From: a candidate division FCPU426 bacterium
GTDB taxonomy: Bacteria; Oederibacteriota; Muellerivitia; Muellerivitales; Muellerivitaceae
Length of the DNA: 64,000 nucleotides
Reading direction: 5' to 3'
Assembly (NCBI GenBank): GCA_963771075.1
Contig: CAVYSE010000025.1
Span: 1-64,000, forward strand
Shown: one piece after another, positions 41,093 to 50,517 of the stretch
Numbering within the stretch: the first letter of the stretch is position 1
Layout of the letters: each line of letters starts with the position of its first letter
Translations under genes and position numbers: made by a program
The notes under the pieces: generated by a model
The model's input: only the letters and a program-made list of their open reading frames with translations
What the model was told of the DNA's origin: nothing
Databases searched by the model: none

Positions 41093-42109
41093 TTAGGGGA
41101 CCAGGAGGACCTTGCCCAGGTTCTTGCGGTCTTCCAAGAACTGGTGGGCCTGGGCGGCCTCCGAGAAAAAATAACTGCGGTCCACATGGGGCTTGATCCA
41201 ACCGTCCTTGACGCCCTTTAGGATCTCAGCAAACCAGCCACGCGTTTTATCCGCCTCCTCCCAGAGATGGCCCAGGTTGACGCCAAAGGTGCCCCGATTC
41301 TCGTTCATGAGCGTAATGGGGTTATAGAGGGGAACCTGGGCCAGCATTTTGAGAAAAGCGAGCAGGGGCGGGGATTTTTTCTCCGAGGCGTTGGAGATCC
41401 CGAACATTCCGAGGCGCCCGGTGGGACGCAGGAGCCGGTAATTTGTTTTCCAGAACGACCCTCCCACGGGGTCCAAAATCAATTCCACGCCCTTGCCCTG
41501 GGTAATTTCCCTAACCCGCCTTGCCCAATCCTCCGATCGGTAATCGATGGGGTAGTCCAGGCCCAACCGGCGAAGGGTCTCGTGTTTCGGGGGGCTGGCG
41601 GTGCCCAAGGTCACCGCGCCGATACGCTTGGCCATTTGGAGGGCGGCCAACCCCACCCCGCCCCCCGCGTTGTGGATCAGGACCGTCTCTCCCTTGCGCA
41701 AGCTTCCCATGACCACCACCAATTGGTAAGCGGTCAGGTAATTGACCGGCAAGGCGGCCGACTGCTCAAAGGTGAGATTGGCGGGTTTCTCGAAAACCTG
41801 GTTTTGCGACAGGGTGACCCGCTCCGAATAACCCCCGAAACGGGTGAAGGCCACCACCGGTTTCCCCTCCCACTTGGGGTCCGAACCCTGGCCGACCGAT
41901 TCCACCAATCCTGATATCTCATAACCCACCACGCAGGGAGGCTTGGGAGCGTCGGGGTAAAGCCCCTTGCGGGCCATCAGGTCGGCGAAATTAAGCCCTG
42001 CGGCCTTGACCGCCACGGTCACCTGGCCCGGCCCCGGCGGCTCGTGTTCACTTTCCCGAAGCTGGAGGACTTCCGGTCCACCGTGTTTCGTGATCCATAT
42101 CTGTTTCAT
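41093..42109 (-). CDS. VAT-1-like medium-chain dehydrogenase/quinone oxidoreductase
   Basis: GLNFADLMARKGLYP, PVNYLTAY, HNAGGGVG, RKNLGKVLL motifs. Confidence 0.88.
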   Translation of the reverse strand: MKQIWITKHGGPEVLQLRESEHEPPGPGQVTVAVKAAGLNFADLMARKGLYPDAPKPPCVVGYEISGLVESVGQGSDPKWEGKPVVAFTRFGGYSERVTLSQNQVFEKPANLTFEQSAALPVNYLTAYQLVVVMGSLRKGETVLIHNAGGGVGLAALQMAKRIGAVTLGTASPPKHETLRRLGLDYPIDYRSEDWARRVREITQGKGVELILDPVGGSFWKTNYRLLRPTGRLGMFGISNASEKKSPPLLAFLKMLAQVPLYNPITLMNENRGTFGVNLGHLWEEADKTRGWFAEILKGVKDGWIKPHVDRSYFFSEAAQAHQFLEDRKNLGKVLLVP

Positions 42110-42110
42110 T

Positions 42111-42674
42111 TTATTTTCCGACTCGTGTCAGGGTATTTTTATCCCGATGTTCAAACACTTCTTTTTGGCCCTTGATCTGGATATAGGTCACCTGCTCGTA
42201 ACTGAACCGGCCATCATCATGAAAAACCATTTCCAGGTCGAACCCCAGGGTTTGGAATTCCTTGTCCAAAAAAGGGTTGGAGCAAATTCCAAAGGTCTTG
42301 GAGCCGTAGGCTGCGGATAGCTTGAAACGCTTGGCGTCCGGTTCCACGTTTCCACCCGCGAGGACGGACATGCCCCGGGGTATGACGATGGCTTTCATCA
42401 ATTGCTTGGCCTGGGCGTCCCAGATCCAGTATCCGACCTCGTCATGGAAGGGATCGGCCTCCCCGAGACGCCAGGCCTGCGTGAAATAACGGAGCCCGGT
42501 CAGCTTTTGCTCGTGATTTTCGGCGGGCTTAAAAGGCTCCAGCGTCATCCTTTCCCGGTACGTGTTCTTCTCGGTTCCCCGGTCGTCCGAGGGAGCGGTA
42601 TCATCCCCTGTCCCCCCTTCCCAAATACCCGCCAAGTTCCTCAACGGGCCCAGGTTTTCACTCCAATCACCCAC
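42111..42674 (-). CDS. Nitrobindin/FABP-like heme-binding beta-barrel protein
   Basis: LGPL..LAGIWEG, YRERM, FHDEVGYW, FEHRDKNTL motifs. Confidence 0.8.
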   Translation of the reverse strand: MGDWSENLGPLRNLAGIWEGGTGDDTAPSDDRGTEKNTYRERMTLEPFKPAENHEQKLTGLRYFTQAWRLGEADPFHDEVGYWIWDAQAKQLMKAIVIPRGMSVLAGGNVEPDAKRFKLSAAYGSKTFGICSNPFLDKEFQTLGFDLEMVFHDDGRFSYEQVTYIQIKGQKEVFEHRDKNTLTRVGK

Positions 42675-42748
42675 GGGATACCTCCTTGCCAGGAATATGA
42701 AAACATTCGGCGATGTCGGGAAACTATTTCGGCTGTAAGGGAATCCCC

Positions 42749-43306
42749 CTATCCCTCTTCGGGCTTGGGCAAACTGCCGGGTTTTTCCCGATTGATCAGG
42801 TTCACGAAATAATCGATGAAGTATTTGTGTTGGAGGTACATGAACTCAAAGAGGGAATCGCGAAGTGGAAAATTTTCTTCGTTCCCCAGGCGGCGCAGGA
42901 CCTCCTTCACGCAATAGTACCTGGGCCCGGGCCCCTTGGGGTCGTCGTCGTTTCTCCAGAATATTTCCAGTTCCCCGACGATATAAAGGATCTCCACGCA
43001 TTTTTCCATGATCTGAGCGCCGTCCTCCAAAACCATTATTCCCTGGCGGCGGAGGGTTTCGACCACGTAATCATCCACCACATCCAATTGGTCCTCGGGC
43101 ATGAGGTTCTTTTCGATATTCTCCTCCTGCATGGTTTGAACCAGGTTGCACGCGCTGAGGGCCACTAAAAGTTTGAGCAGTTCGGCGGGGGGTACCGCCT
43201 GGGCCCGTTTGACCGACTTGAGAAGGATCAGGCTGTCCTGCAGGCCTGTTTTCTCGATTAGATCCTTGGCGATCCTGAGGCTGTCGCCGGTTTGTAATAA
43301 AAGCAT
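42749..43306 (-). CDS. Hypothetical protein
   Basis: 185-aa ORF with GAAGG RBS in a co-oriented gene run. Confidence 0.6.
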   Translation of the reverse strand: MLLLQTGDSLRIAKDLIEKTGLQDSLILLKSVKRAQAVPPAELLKLLVALSACNLVQTMQEENIEKNLMPEDQLDVVDDYVVETLRRQGIMVLEDGAQIMEKCVEILYIVGELEIFWRNDDDPKGPGPRYYCVKEVLRRLGNEENFPLRDSLFEFMYLQHKYFIDYFVNLINREKPGSLPKPEEG

Positions 43307-43419
43307 TGCGGGTTACGCCTTCCAATCCGCACAGGAGTCATCCCGCGCGAAAAGCGACATAGGGTCAGGCTTCTCCCCTCCGGGGGGCGAAACCTTCACG
43401 TTTGATAACATCCTCTATT

Positions 43420-43864
43420 TTACTTGAAGGAGAGCGCTTCTTCCAAAATCTCGTCGGGTAGTCCCCATTCCCGGTAACCCTGCTTGACCTGCATTAAATA
43501 GCCCAGATTGGGTTGCCCTGGGAGGGCGGTCAGGTCGGAAAGCCGGTAACTGTGCGGCCCGAATCTTGTTCCCGTCGTCCATTTCCACCTCCACATCCAA
43601 AGGTTGGTAAGTCCCCTTTTCCACCGCTTCCGCCCGGTCCAAATATTGAATCATGACCTCATCCAGTTCATACAGGGTTCCTGGCACATACCGGGTGGGA
43701 TCAGGGACCAGGTTCACGACGGCCCCCTTCCGTTCCAGGGAATGCCCCATGAAAGCCAGCCGGTAACCCCGCAGGCGGGCCCGGGTATGAGGCCGGTTGC
43801 CCATAAGCCTTCTTTCCATTTGGGCCCGCAGGAGGCTGCTACCATAGGCGAAGTAAAAGGGCAT
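43420..43864 (-). CDS. Gamma-glutamylcyclotransferase family protein; +1 frameshift near 43556
   Basis: YFAYGSSL, L.GYRLAF, V.G.LYEL, LDRAE motifs; the shifted frame gives PNLGYLMQVKQGYREWGLP, the typical C-terminus. Confidence 0.8.
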
Positions 43865-44435
43865 TAAGGGTCGGGAGTGGGGGTTAGGGCAACACCCTCG
43901 GTTTGAGGGGACAACAAGGCGCCGGTAGCGGAAACCTCGCTTTGAAGCGTGACCACCAGGGGAGCCCCGTTTTGGCAGAGCTTGAGAAGGGCAAAACGGT
44001 CCGGTCCGGTGTTTCCCACCGCCAATACCGTTTGATCTCCCTCCCCATGGTTCAAATCGAAATCTTTCTTTAATAGCGTCCCCGGCAATGAGGCCCAAGG
44101 AGGCTCCACCTTCGCGATTTCCGCCGATAAATGCCCCTTCTGGTTCTCATTCCGGTTCGCGGCGGTTAGGAAAAATTTCCAATACCACTGGCTGGGTACC
44201 TTCATGATCAGGAAACGGCATTCGTCCCCGGCCATGACCAAATCATATTTCTTAAAGGGGTCCATCACCGCTGGGTTCTGGAAGGTTCCAGTGATCCCCT
44301 GCTTTTGATCCATAGCGGAAGAGGGTCCCCCCCGAGTTCCTTCGACAGTTCGGAGCAAGATGTGAGGAACGGCAGGATCAGCCCCCACACAAGGAGGATA
44401 ACCCTCCCCTGTTTTCGTTTGATAGAACATGTCAT
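43864..44435 (-). CDS. Lipoprotein; +1 frameshift in the C6/G6 run near 44330
   Basis: MTCSIKRK...ILPFLTSC lipobox in one frame joins GGPSSAMDQKQG... of ORF 43864-44478 when one G is removed. Confidence 0.65.
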
Positions 44436-44523
44436 GATCGATACTCCCAATCCCAGCTCGTTTCGATCCGAGAACCACTAGTTATTCGGACGTTTATCAA
44501 CCGCCCAAGGGCCGTCGAAAAGT

Positions 44524-46786
44524 TCAATACCCCTCCTCCAGGCCGGGCGTACCCACGGGCTCGGAAACGGGGGTCACAACGTACTGCTTGGGTTCATAGG
44601 TCGTCAACTGGGCCAATGGAAAATAATGGCTTAAGATTTCATTGCATTTTTTTCCCGGCCAGGGCCATTCCGCAGCATCCCACCTGGCACAAGCCTACCC
44701 CGTGGCCCCAACCGCCCCCTTCGATGACGTATTCCAACGGCCATCCCTTGGCGTCATATTGGGGCTCGATCCAGATCAGGCTCGACCTTAAGCCGCCCAG
44801 GAACCTGCGGATGATGTCCCCATGCACGGTTTTTACCCCGCCCGTTCCTTCCACCCGGACCAGCTCGGCCCAGCCGGCCGCCGATCGTTTTTCCACCACC
44901 AGGCGCCGGATGCGCCCCGCCTCGGGAAGCCTTTTTTGCAGGTCCTTGACCGAAACGATGCTTTTCCACCGGTAGTTGGTATACCCCTTTAAGGTAGGAA
45001 GGTGGCAGTAGGCCGGGGGGCTTTCCCGGATCCAATCCCGCAGGCGGGTGGGCGAAAGTGGAAATTCCAACCCCGGGTTTTCATTTTCATCATAATCGGG
45101 CACACCCACCACGGGTTACTTAAAGCCCCAGGCTTCCTCATAATCCTGGGTGTGTCCCCCGCATTGGGCGGAAAAAGCCACCGCCACCACATGGCCGTCC
45201 TTGGTGAGGATCAGACCCGCGGTGGCGTTCACCGCCTGGTTGGTGCTTTCCTGCTCCGCCCGCAGGCCCCGGTAGACCTCGCAATGCACGCTGTCGCAAA
45301 CGTCAAAACCTTCCCCGTTGTGCCTGCCCAGCTTGGATAGCACATAGGTGCGGGCGACGATGGCCTGGGCCCGCAAGGCCTCCGTGGGCCAAAGATACGA
45401 CATCTCGGCGGGCAGAACCCCGGCCGTATAATCCTCCAGGGAAACCCGATTGATGACCTGGAACCCTTCCCCGGGCCGGGGGAAGATTTCCAGGATGCCC
45501 CGGTAGGCCCGGTCCTCCTCGCGGGCGTAAAAGTAACCCGTGTTGGAGGGTACCGCGTGGACCTCTAAAGGGACCCGGGTTTCCCGGGGGGTGAAATAAA
45601 GGCGGTGCCGGAAAGTGATCCAGGTTTTCCCGTGGTGGTCGACCAGGGTCCATTTTTCTTTCCCCGTCCCGTTCTTCGGCGGCGGGAGATAAAAAACCTC
45701 GTAATCACCCGCGGGCAGTTGGGTCACCGCCGTCCCGGCGGGTGTCGCCACTTCCAGGTCGGTGCCACATCGGAACAGCAGGTGCTTCAAACCGGTAAAA
45801 AGCCCCACCCGGATGGTGACCGGGGAGGAGGCGATGGGTGACTCCGGGGGCGCTTTCCAGTTTGCCCATTGCTGCAACCGGGCCACTTGGCGGTGCGTCA
45901 CAACGCTGGGGGCCATCTTGTTTTCCAAGACCGATTCTTTTTTCAATTCTGGGTCGTCTGGCTCGATGGCCAGGGCCTTATCGAACATTTCCACGGCTTC
46001 GGTGTGGCGTTTTTTCAGGGCGAACAACTCGGCGAGGTACCGGTAGGCTTTCTTGGTGCTCCCATCCCGTCGGAGCGCGGCCTGGTATTCGGCCAAGGCC
46101 CGGTCCGAATCGCCCAGGACCCGGCAAACCTCCGCCAACTCGTAACGAGCCAGCGAGTCGTCCGGTTCCAGGTGGGCTAAGTGGGAAAAGAGGTCCCGCG
46201 CCGATTCCAGTTGTTGCTGTTTCTTCTTTCCCAGGGGAACTTTTTTCTGTAAAGCCTGGAACATTCTCAAACGAGCCAAGCCCCAAAGGAGGTCCGGGTC
46301 GTCGGGATGGCTTTGCAAGAGGGTTTCAATGGGGCCTTCCGCTTCCCCCCACCGGCCCATTTGGGCCAAGGCCAAGGCCCAGCGGGCCCGCACGGTCCAA
46401 TCGTCTGTCCGGGATAAATAGTTTTGATAGGCGTCCAAGGCGCCTGGCCAATCCCCCTGACTTTTCCGAAGGTCCGCCAATTCCATATAAAGGGAAGCCT
46501 GGGTTGGGTCTTTTACCAAGTTTTGAAGGATGAAGTCCTGGGCTTGGTTTGCGTTTCCCTGAGCGAACAAGCGCCCCAATTGTAGCGCGATCGATTCGGC
46601 CCGGAGGCTATAGGGAAAAAGGCAAAGACCGAACCATAACATTAAATATCCGTTACGTCCTGGGACCTTCAACAAGGCTGGAATGAAATTTGAGATGGAA
46701 AAGCCCGTTCCCCAGTTAAGGAACGGAGGGGGACCGGCCTTACTTTTGGGCGTACTCAAGGCGTTTGGGCGCCAGGACCGATTCAT
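44524..46786 (-). CDS. TPR plus SpoIID/LytB domain protein; in-frame TAA at 45116-45118 and +1 frameshift near 44650
   Basis: TPRs, IRVGL, YRG, INRVSLEDY..GVLPAEM...W..EALRAQAIVARTY, VCDSVHCEVYRG, GGGWGHGVGLCQ; corrected end EILSHYFP; true start may be near 46642. Confidence 0.82.
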
Positions 46787-47240
46787 CCCGGGAGGACCAA
46801 TAGCCCGTATTGTCGATGACTTCCAAATTGGGAACGTAGCGCTTCTTCACGTAGTCCAACAGCTTGACCAGCGAGATATGGCCCGCGGGCTCGGCCTGGG
46901 GAAGCGTGGTGGAGGTATGGACCTGATGGAGAAGTTGGCGGACCAAGGGATTTTTACCGCGGCCGGCCGGCGCCTCGGTGCTTTTCTCGTAATAAATATG
47001 GGAAAGATAACCATCCTTGTCGAATGTTAATTGGAGGGGAGTCGAGCCCTTTTGCAGGGTCAACCGGATGCCCTTCAGGGTCAGCCGTCCCGCGGGGGTC
47101 TCGTCCTCATGGGAATAGGCATGGTCCACCATCTCGTGGGCCCATCCGGAAACTTGCGCGATCTCGCGGAACTCTTCCTGCAACTCGCGGACCAATTCAA
47201 GCGATTTGATTTTTCCGAAATAATGAACCGTGGTGGACAT
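46740..47240 (-). CDS. Hypothetical protein
   Basis: AGGGG RBS; TVHYFG...H..LVKLLDYVK......EVIDNTGYW pattern. Confidence 0.7.
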   Translation of the reverse strand: MSTTVHYFGKIKSLELVRELQEEFREIAQVSGWAHEMVDHAYSHEDETPAGRLTLKGIRLTLQKGSTPLQLTFDKDGYLSHIYYEKSTEAPAGRGKNPLVRQLLHQVHTSTTLPQAEPAGHISLVKLLDYVKKRYVPNLEVIDNTGYWSSRDESVLAPKRLEYAQK

Positions 47241-47261
47241 CTTCCCCCTTTCTCCCTCAAT

Positions 47262-47645
47262 TTAACGACCGACTCGTTCCGTTATCACTTCCGTCCCGAT
47301 CGACGTTTCGTTCAGGATCGCCATCTCAAGCTGGCCGTTTTTCCCGACCGTTGGTTCCTCGGGCAGGTCCCGGAACAATTTCCGGATATTTTTTCCGGCC
47401 TTAAAGGAAACCTTTTTGTAGGGTGGAAGGGCGATGATAAGGTTTCGGCTAAGGTCCCGGCCCTTGCGGCCCGAAACGGTCTTTGTTTGAAAAACGCCAA
47501 AATTCCTGATCTCGATGCGTTGCCCGCTGATCAAAGCGTCTTCCAAGACTTTAACAATGCGGCGGACAACCACTTGCGCGTCAGGCTTGGCAAGTTTTGT
47601 GGTCTTCGCGACGATACCTACGATATCTTGTAGGACGACCTTCAT
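47262..47645 (-). CDS. HU/IHF family DNA-binding protein
   Basis: RIEIRNFGVF, RKGRD, VSFKAGK motifs. Confidence 0.85.
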   Translation of the reverse strand: MKVVLQDIVGIVAKTTKLAKPDAQVVVRRIVKVLEDALISGQRIEIRNFGVFQTKTVSGRKGRDLSRNLIIALPPYKKVSFKAGKNIRKLFRDLPEEPTVGKNGQLEMAILNETSIGTEVITERVGR

Positions 47646-47822
47646 GAGCGGATTATACGAATTGCGTTAATTCCATGTCAATAAAAGGAAAAATCGTTAT
47701 TTGTTTCAAGGGGGAAGCGAAACATCTCGGCCCAAAGGCGTTTTGGCCACCGATACATGGGTTTCACATAGTGGGAAAAGGAAAAGATGCCGAACAATGC
47801 ACTTGGGCTGACCAAGTAAATA

Positions 47823-47960
47823 ACCCTTTGCCTCGGTGGGAGAGGGCATGCCGACCTTCCATGAAGCTTTTAAAGAGGTCGGTATCGTATCGATCACCAT
47901 CATTTAATGAATAGAGGATCGGCACATGCCAACCTTCTCCCCTCAAGGAAGAAGGTGAAA
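47823..47960. repeat. Four-hairpin dispersed repeat, copy 2
   Basis: Homologous to 2933-3075, same orientation. Confidence 0.8.
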
Positions 47961-48116
47961 GAAGTCTAAACAGACTTCATTTTGAGCAAGTAACGCCAAA
48001 GCTTTTGTTACGAAAAGAGTCACTGGGGACTGAAAAAAGTGGAACTAATGCCTCTCAAGCTTTTTGTTGGTTTCATCCGATGAATCCCATGCATCTGTCG
48101 CAAAAATGATTAGGTC

Positions 48117-48812
48117 TTACGCGGTTTTTCGCCATCGGGAAAACCAGTAGGCCCCGATCCAACCGGCAAGGAAAGTGAAGAGGGCCACGGGTAAGAGATG
48201 GGCCATCCAAACATGGCCTGCTTCCATATTAGGGCAATGCATTTGAATCGTGAGGGAACCCATTAAGAAAGCAGAAGCGCCGCTCCAAGCACCCGTCCAA
48301 AGGGGATGGAAAGCCGCGTTTTTCGAGAGCTTCCAACCCAGGAGGACCCAGGGTAAAAGACCGATCAGGGAAACCGCACGGAAACAGGCCCAACCTTCCA
48401 ACAGTTCTTTCCAGGGGTCGAAGTGGCTGGCGCCATCGTTGAGAAGAAAGAAGGGGAGGGCATAAATAAGGACCAATATTAAAACCGAAATCGCCTTTCG
48501 GGCGGGCCCCTTTTCACGGCCAGGCAGGCTTGAGGCGATCGCTTCCCAAGCGGATAAACCCGCGCCCAGGAAAAGGACCAAGGCATAAAAAATTCCTCCG
48601 GGCCTGGACAGGAGGGTTCCCGAGGGATCCCGGCCCATGATCCAAAGAGCGACAAGGGATAACACCAGGGCCGTTCCAAGCCAGGCAAGCCATTGGATGA
48701 AAGCGGGGGTCACAGCGGGAGCCGCCTTCGATTCAGCCAAGATTTTCCCCACGAGCCCGTCATGAAACCGGCCCATATCCTGGACAGAACGGGTAGGTTT
48801 GGGTGTTTTCAT
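48117..48812 (-). CDS. NrsF/DUF1109-like anti-sigma membrane protein
   Basis: About 6 TM segments; SSLPG, a conserved Cys and HCP....H....H; overlaps the sigma factor stop. Confidence 0.8.
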   Translation of the reverse strand: MKTPKPTRSVQDMGRFHDGLVGKILAESKAAPAVTPAFIQWLAWLGTALVLSLVALWIMGRDPSGTLLSRPGGIFYALVLFLGAGLSAWEAIASSLPGREKGPARKAISVLILVLIYALPFFLLNDGASHFDPWKELLEGWACFRAVSLIGLLPWVLLGWKLSKNAAFHPLWTGAWSGASAFLMGSLTIQMHCPNMEAGHVWMAHLLPVALFTFLAGWIGAYWFSRWRKTA

Positions 48813-49402
48813 CGACTTTTCTCCGTCAAGATCTTGCGCAATTCCTTGTAACCCCGATGCGCCCGTACCTTTAAGGCCCCCACCGAAATGCCCAACTGGG
48901 CCGCCGCTTCTTCCAGGGTCAGTCCCCTCATCTTCAATAACTCGACGGCGACCCGATTATCCTGCGGCAGGGCTTGCAGGGCCTGGTGAAGCTCATCGCT
49001 CAAGCTATCGTCTTTTTCTTCCCGAGGATTCTCGGGCAGTTCTTCCGTCAACACTTCCCTTTGGGCGAATTTGCGGTTTTTTTTCATCGCGTCCAGCATG
49101 GAGTTGCGAGCAACCGTGAAAAGCCACGGGCCTAATGGCCTGCCGGGTTCGTAGGAATGCCGGGCCTTGTGCAGGGTTAAGAGCACTTCCTGGTACACAT
49201 CCGGAACCAGTTCCGGGTTGAAGACCCGACGCCGGACGAAGTTATAGAGAACGGGCCCGATCTCATCAAGGAATTGACGGTAACATTCCTGGTCCCCGGC
49301 CTGAATCTTCACCATCATCGCTTCCCAAGATACCCATTGTGCCTTATCCCAGGGGTCCGGTCCCTTTTTGGCCGAAGAATTTGTGATCCGGGGCATTGCC
49401 AC
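48809..49402 (-). CDS. ECF RNA polymerase sigma factor (SigF/ECF16-like)
   Basis: GDQECYRQFL, DVYQEVLL.LHKARHSY, WLFTVARN, ALKVRAHRGY motifs. Confidence 0.9.
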   Translation of the reverse strand: MAMPRITNSSAKKGPDPWDKAQWVSWEAMMVKIQAGDQECYRQFLDEIGPVLYNFVRRRVFNPELVPDVYQEVLLTLHKARHSYEPGRPLGPWLFTVARNSMLDAMKKNRKFAQREVLTEELPENPREEKDDSLSDELHQALQALPQDNRVAVELLKMRGLTLEEAAAQLGISVGALKVRAHRGYKELRKILTEKSR

Positions 49403-49419
49403 TGTTTATCCTTGTAATC

Positions 49420-49446
49420 TACGGTCTCAACGCGACAAAAGTTACA
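49420..49446 (-). promoter_or_regulatory. Putative autoregulatory ECF promoter
   Basis: Minus strand TGTAACT-N16-CGTA just upstream of the sigma gene; matches the GTAAC...CG(A/T)A ECF pattern. Confidence 0.65.
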
Positions 49447-49574
49447 CCTTACGACAAAAGAAAGCCGTTTGCCTTCGAGGCTCGACATGCTTGGATGCAC
49501 AGGGTCTTTAACCAGAATCAAAAAAGACTTAAATTCTTATCCAATAAATCCCATGCATCAGTGGCCAGTTTTTG

Positions 49575-50309
49575 TTATCCCAGCAAGTCCAAGGCTTGTT
49601 CCGGTTCCAACAGGCGGCAGGTATAGATGGGCGTGTCCCGGACCGTATATTTCGAACCTTGGGTTTCCCTCAAGGCCATGACCAGATCCAGGAAATCCTT
49701 GGGCTCATCCGACTCAAAGGCCACCACAAATTCCTGGTCGTCCAGCCCAAAGCTGTAGGTGGTGTTGAGCTTCACCGTGGGGAACATGGACCCGATCCGA
49801 ATGTGCTCATCCATGACCGATTGGCGTTCTTCCTTCGGCAAGAGATACCATTCGCGGGTTTTCACAAAGGGATAGACGAAGATGTACCTGTATTTCCCGG
49901 GAATAACCTGGTTGCGCGCCCCATCCTGTCCTTCGTGGGTGTGCTTGTCGATGTAGATACTCCTCTTGGTCATGGCCAAATAGGAGGCAGGTGTTTGGAG
50001 ATAGGGTCCCATGGGGCTTTTGATGATTTCCGCACTATGGCGCTGAAAACTGTCCAAGTTGTAGCTGATGCGCCACAGCATCAGGTCCACGTCCGCCCGG
50101 AATCCTACCGTGGAATAAGTTAAGAGGATCCCATCTTGTTTGAAGGATTCAAGAACCTTGACCAGCGATCTTTTGGCGTCTTTTCGATTGGAGTTGGAAA
50201 GCGCCCGAAAATCTTCGGAAACTTTATAAAAAGCGAAATTGACGAATTGCTGTTTTACCGGACCGGCGGGTTTACCGGCGGCAGGATGGGAGGATTGAGG
50301 CTCAGTCAT
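49575..50309 (-). CDS. hemQ: Chlorite dismutase family protein, probably coproheme decarboxylase
   Basis: YSTVGFRADVDLMLW, FVYPFVKTREWYLL, MDEH..IG, YSFGLDDQEFVVAFE motifs. Confidence 0.8.
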   Translation of the reverse strand: MTEPQSSHPAAGKPAGPVKQQFVNFAFYKVSEDFRALSNSNRKDAKRSLVKVLESFKQDGILLTYSTVGFRADVDLMLWRISYNLDSFQRHSAEIIKSPMGPYLQTPASYLAMTKRSIYIDKHTHEGQDGARNQVIPGKYRYIFVYPFVKTREWYLLPKEERQSVMDEHIRIGSMFPTVKLNTTYSFGLDDQEFVVAFESDEPKDFLDLVMALRETQGSKYTVRDTPIYTCRLLEPEQALDLLG

Positions 50310-50517
50310 GGTTTCCCCTTCAAGTTTTATTTGCGGGCCGTATTGTAAGGGGGGAAACCCTTAAAAATCAAAAAGCAAACCCACTCGTCATTTAATTACC
50401 TCGGTATTCCGTCACTCTTTAACTAAATGCCTCTAAGCTTTTGGGGCCATGCAAGCTCCACATTGAACAGGGGGTCGCCGAAGGCGGCCCGTGGTAAAAA
50501 CCCATTTTTCTTAGCCC

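Noticed and set aside
45116..45118. Stop-codon recoding in the SpoIID gene
   Set aside because: The codon is TAA, which ends many other genes here, and it lies in an error-dense stretch
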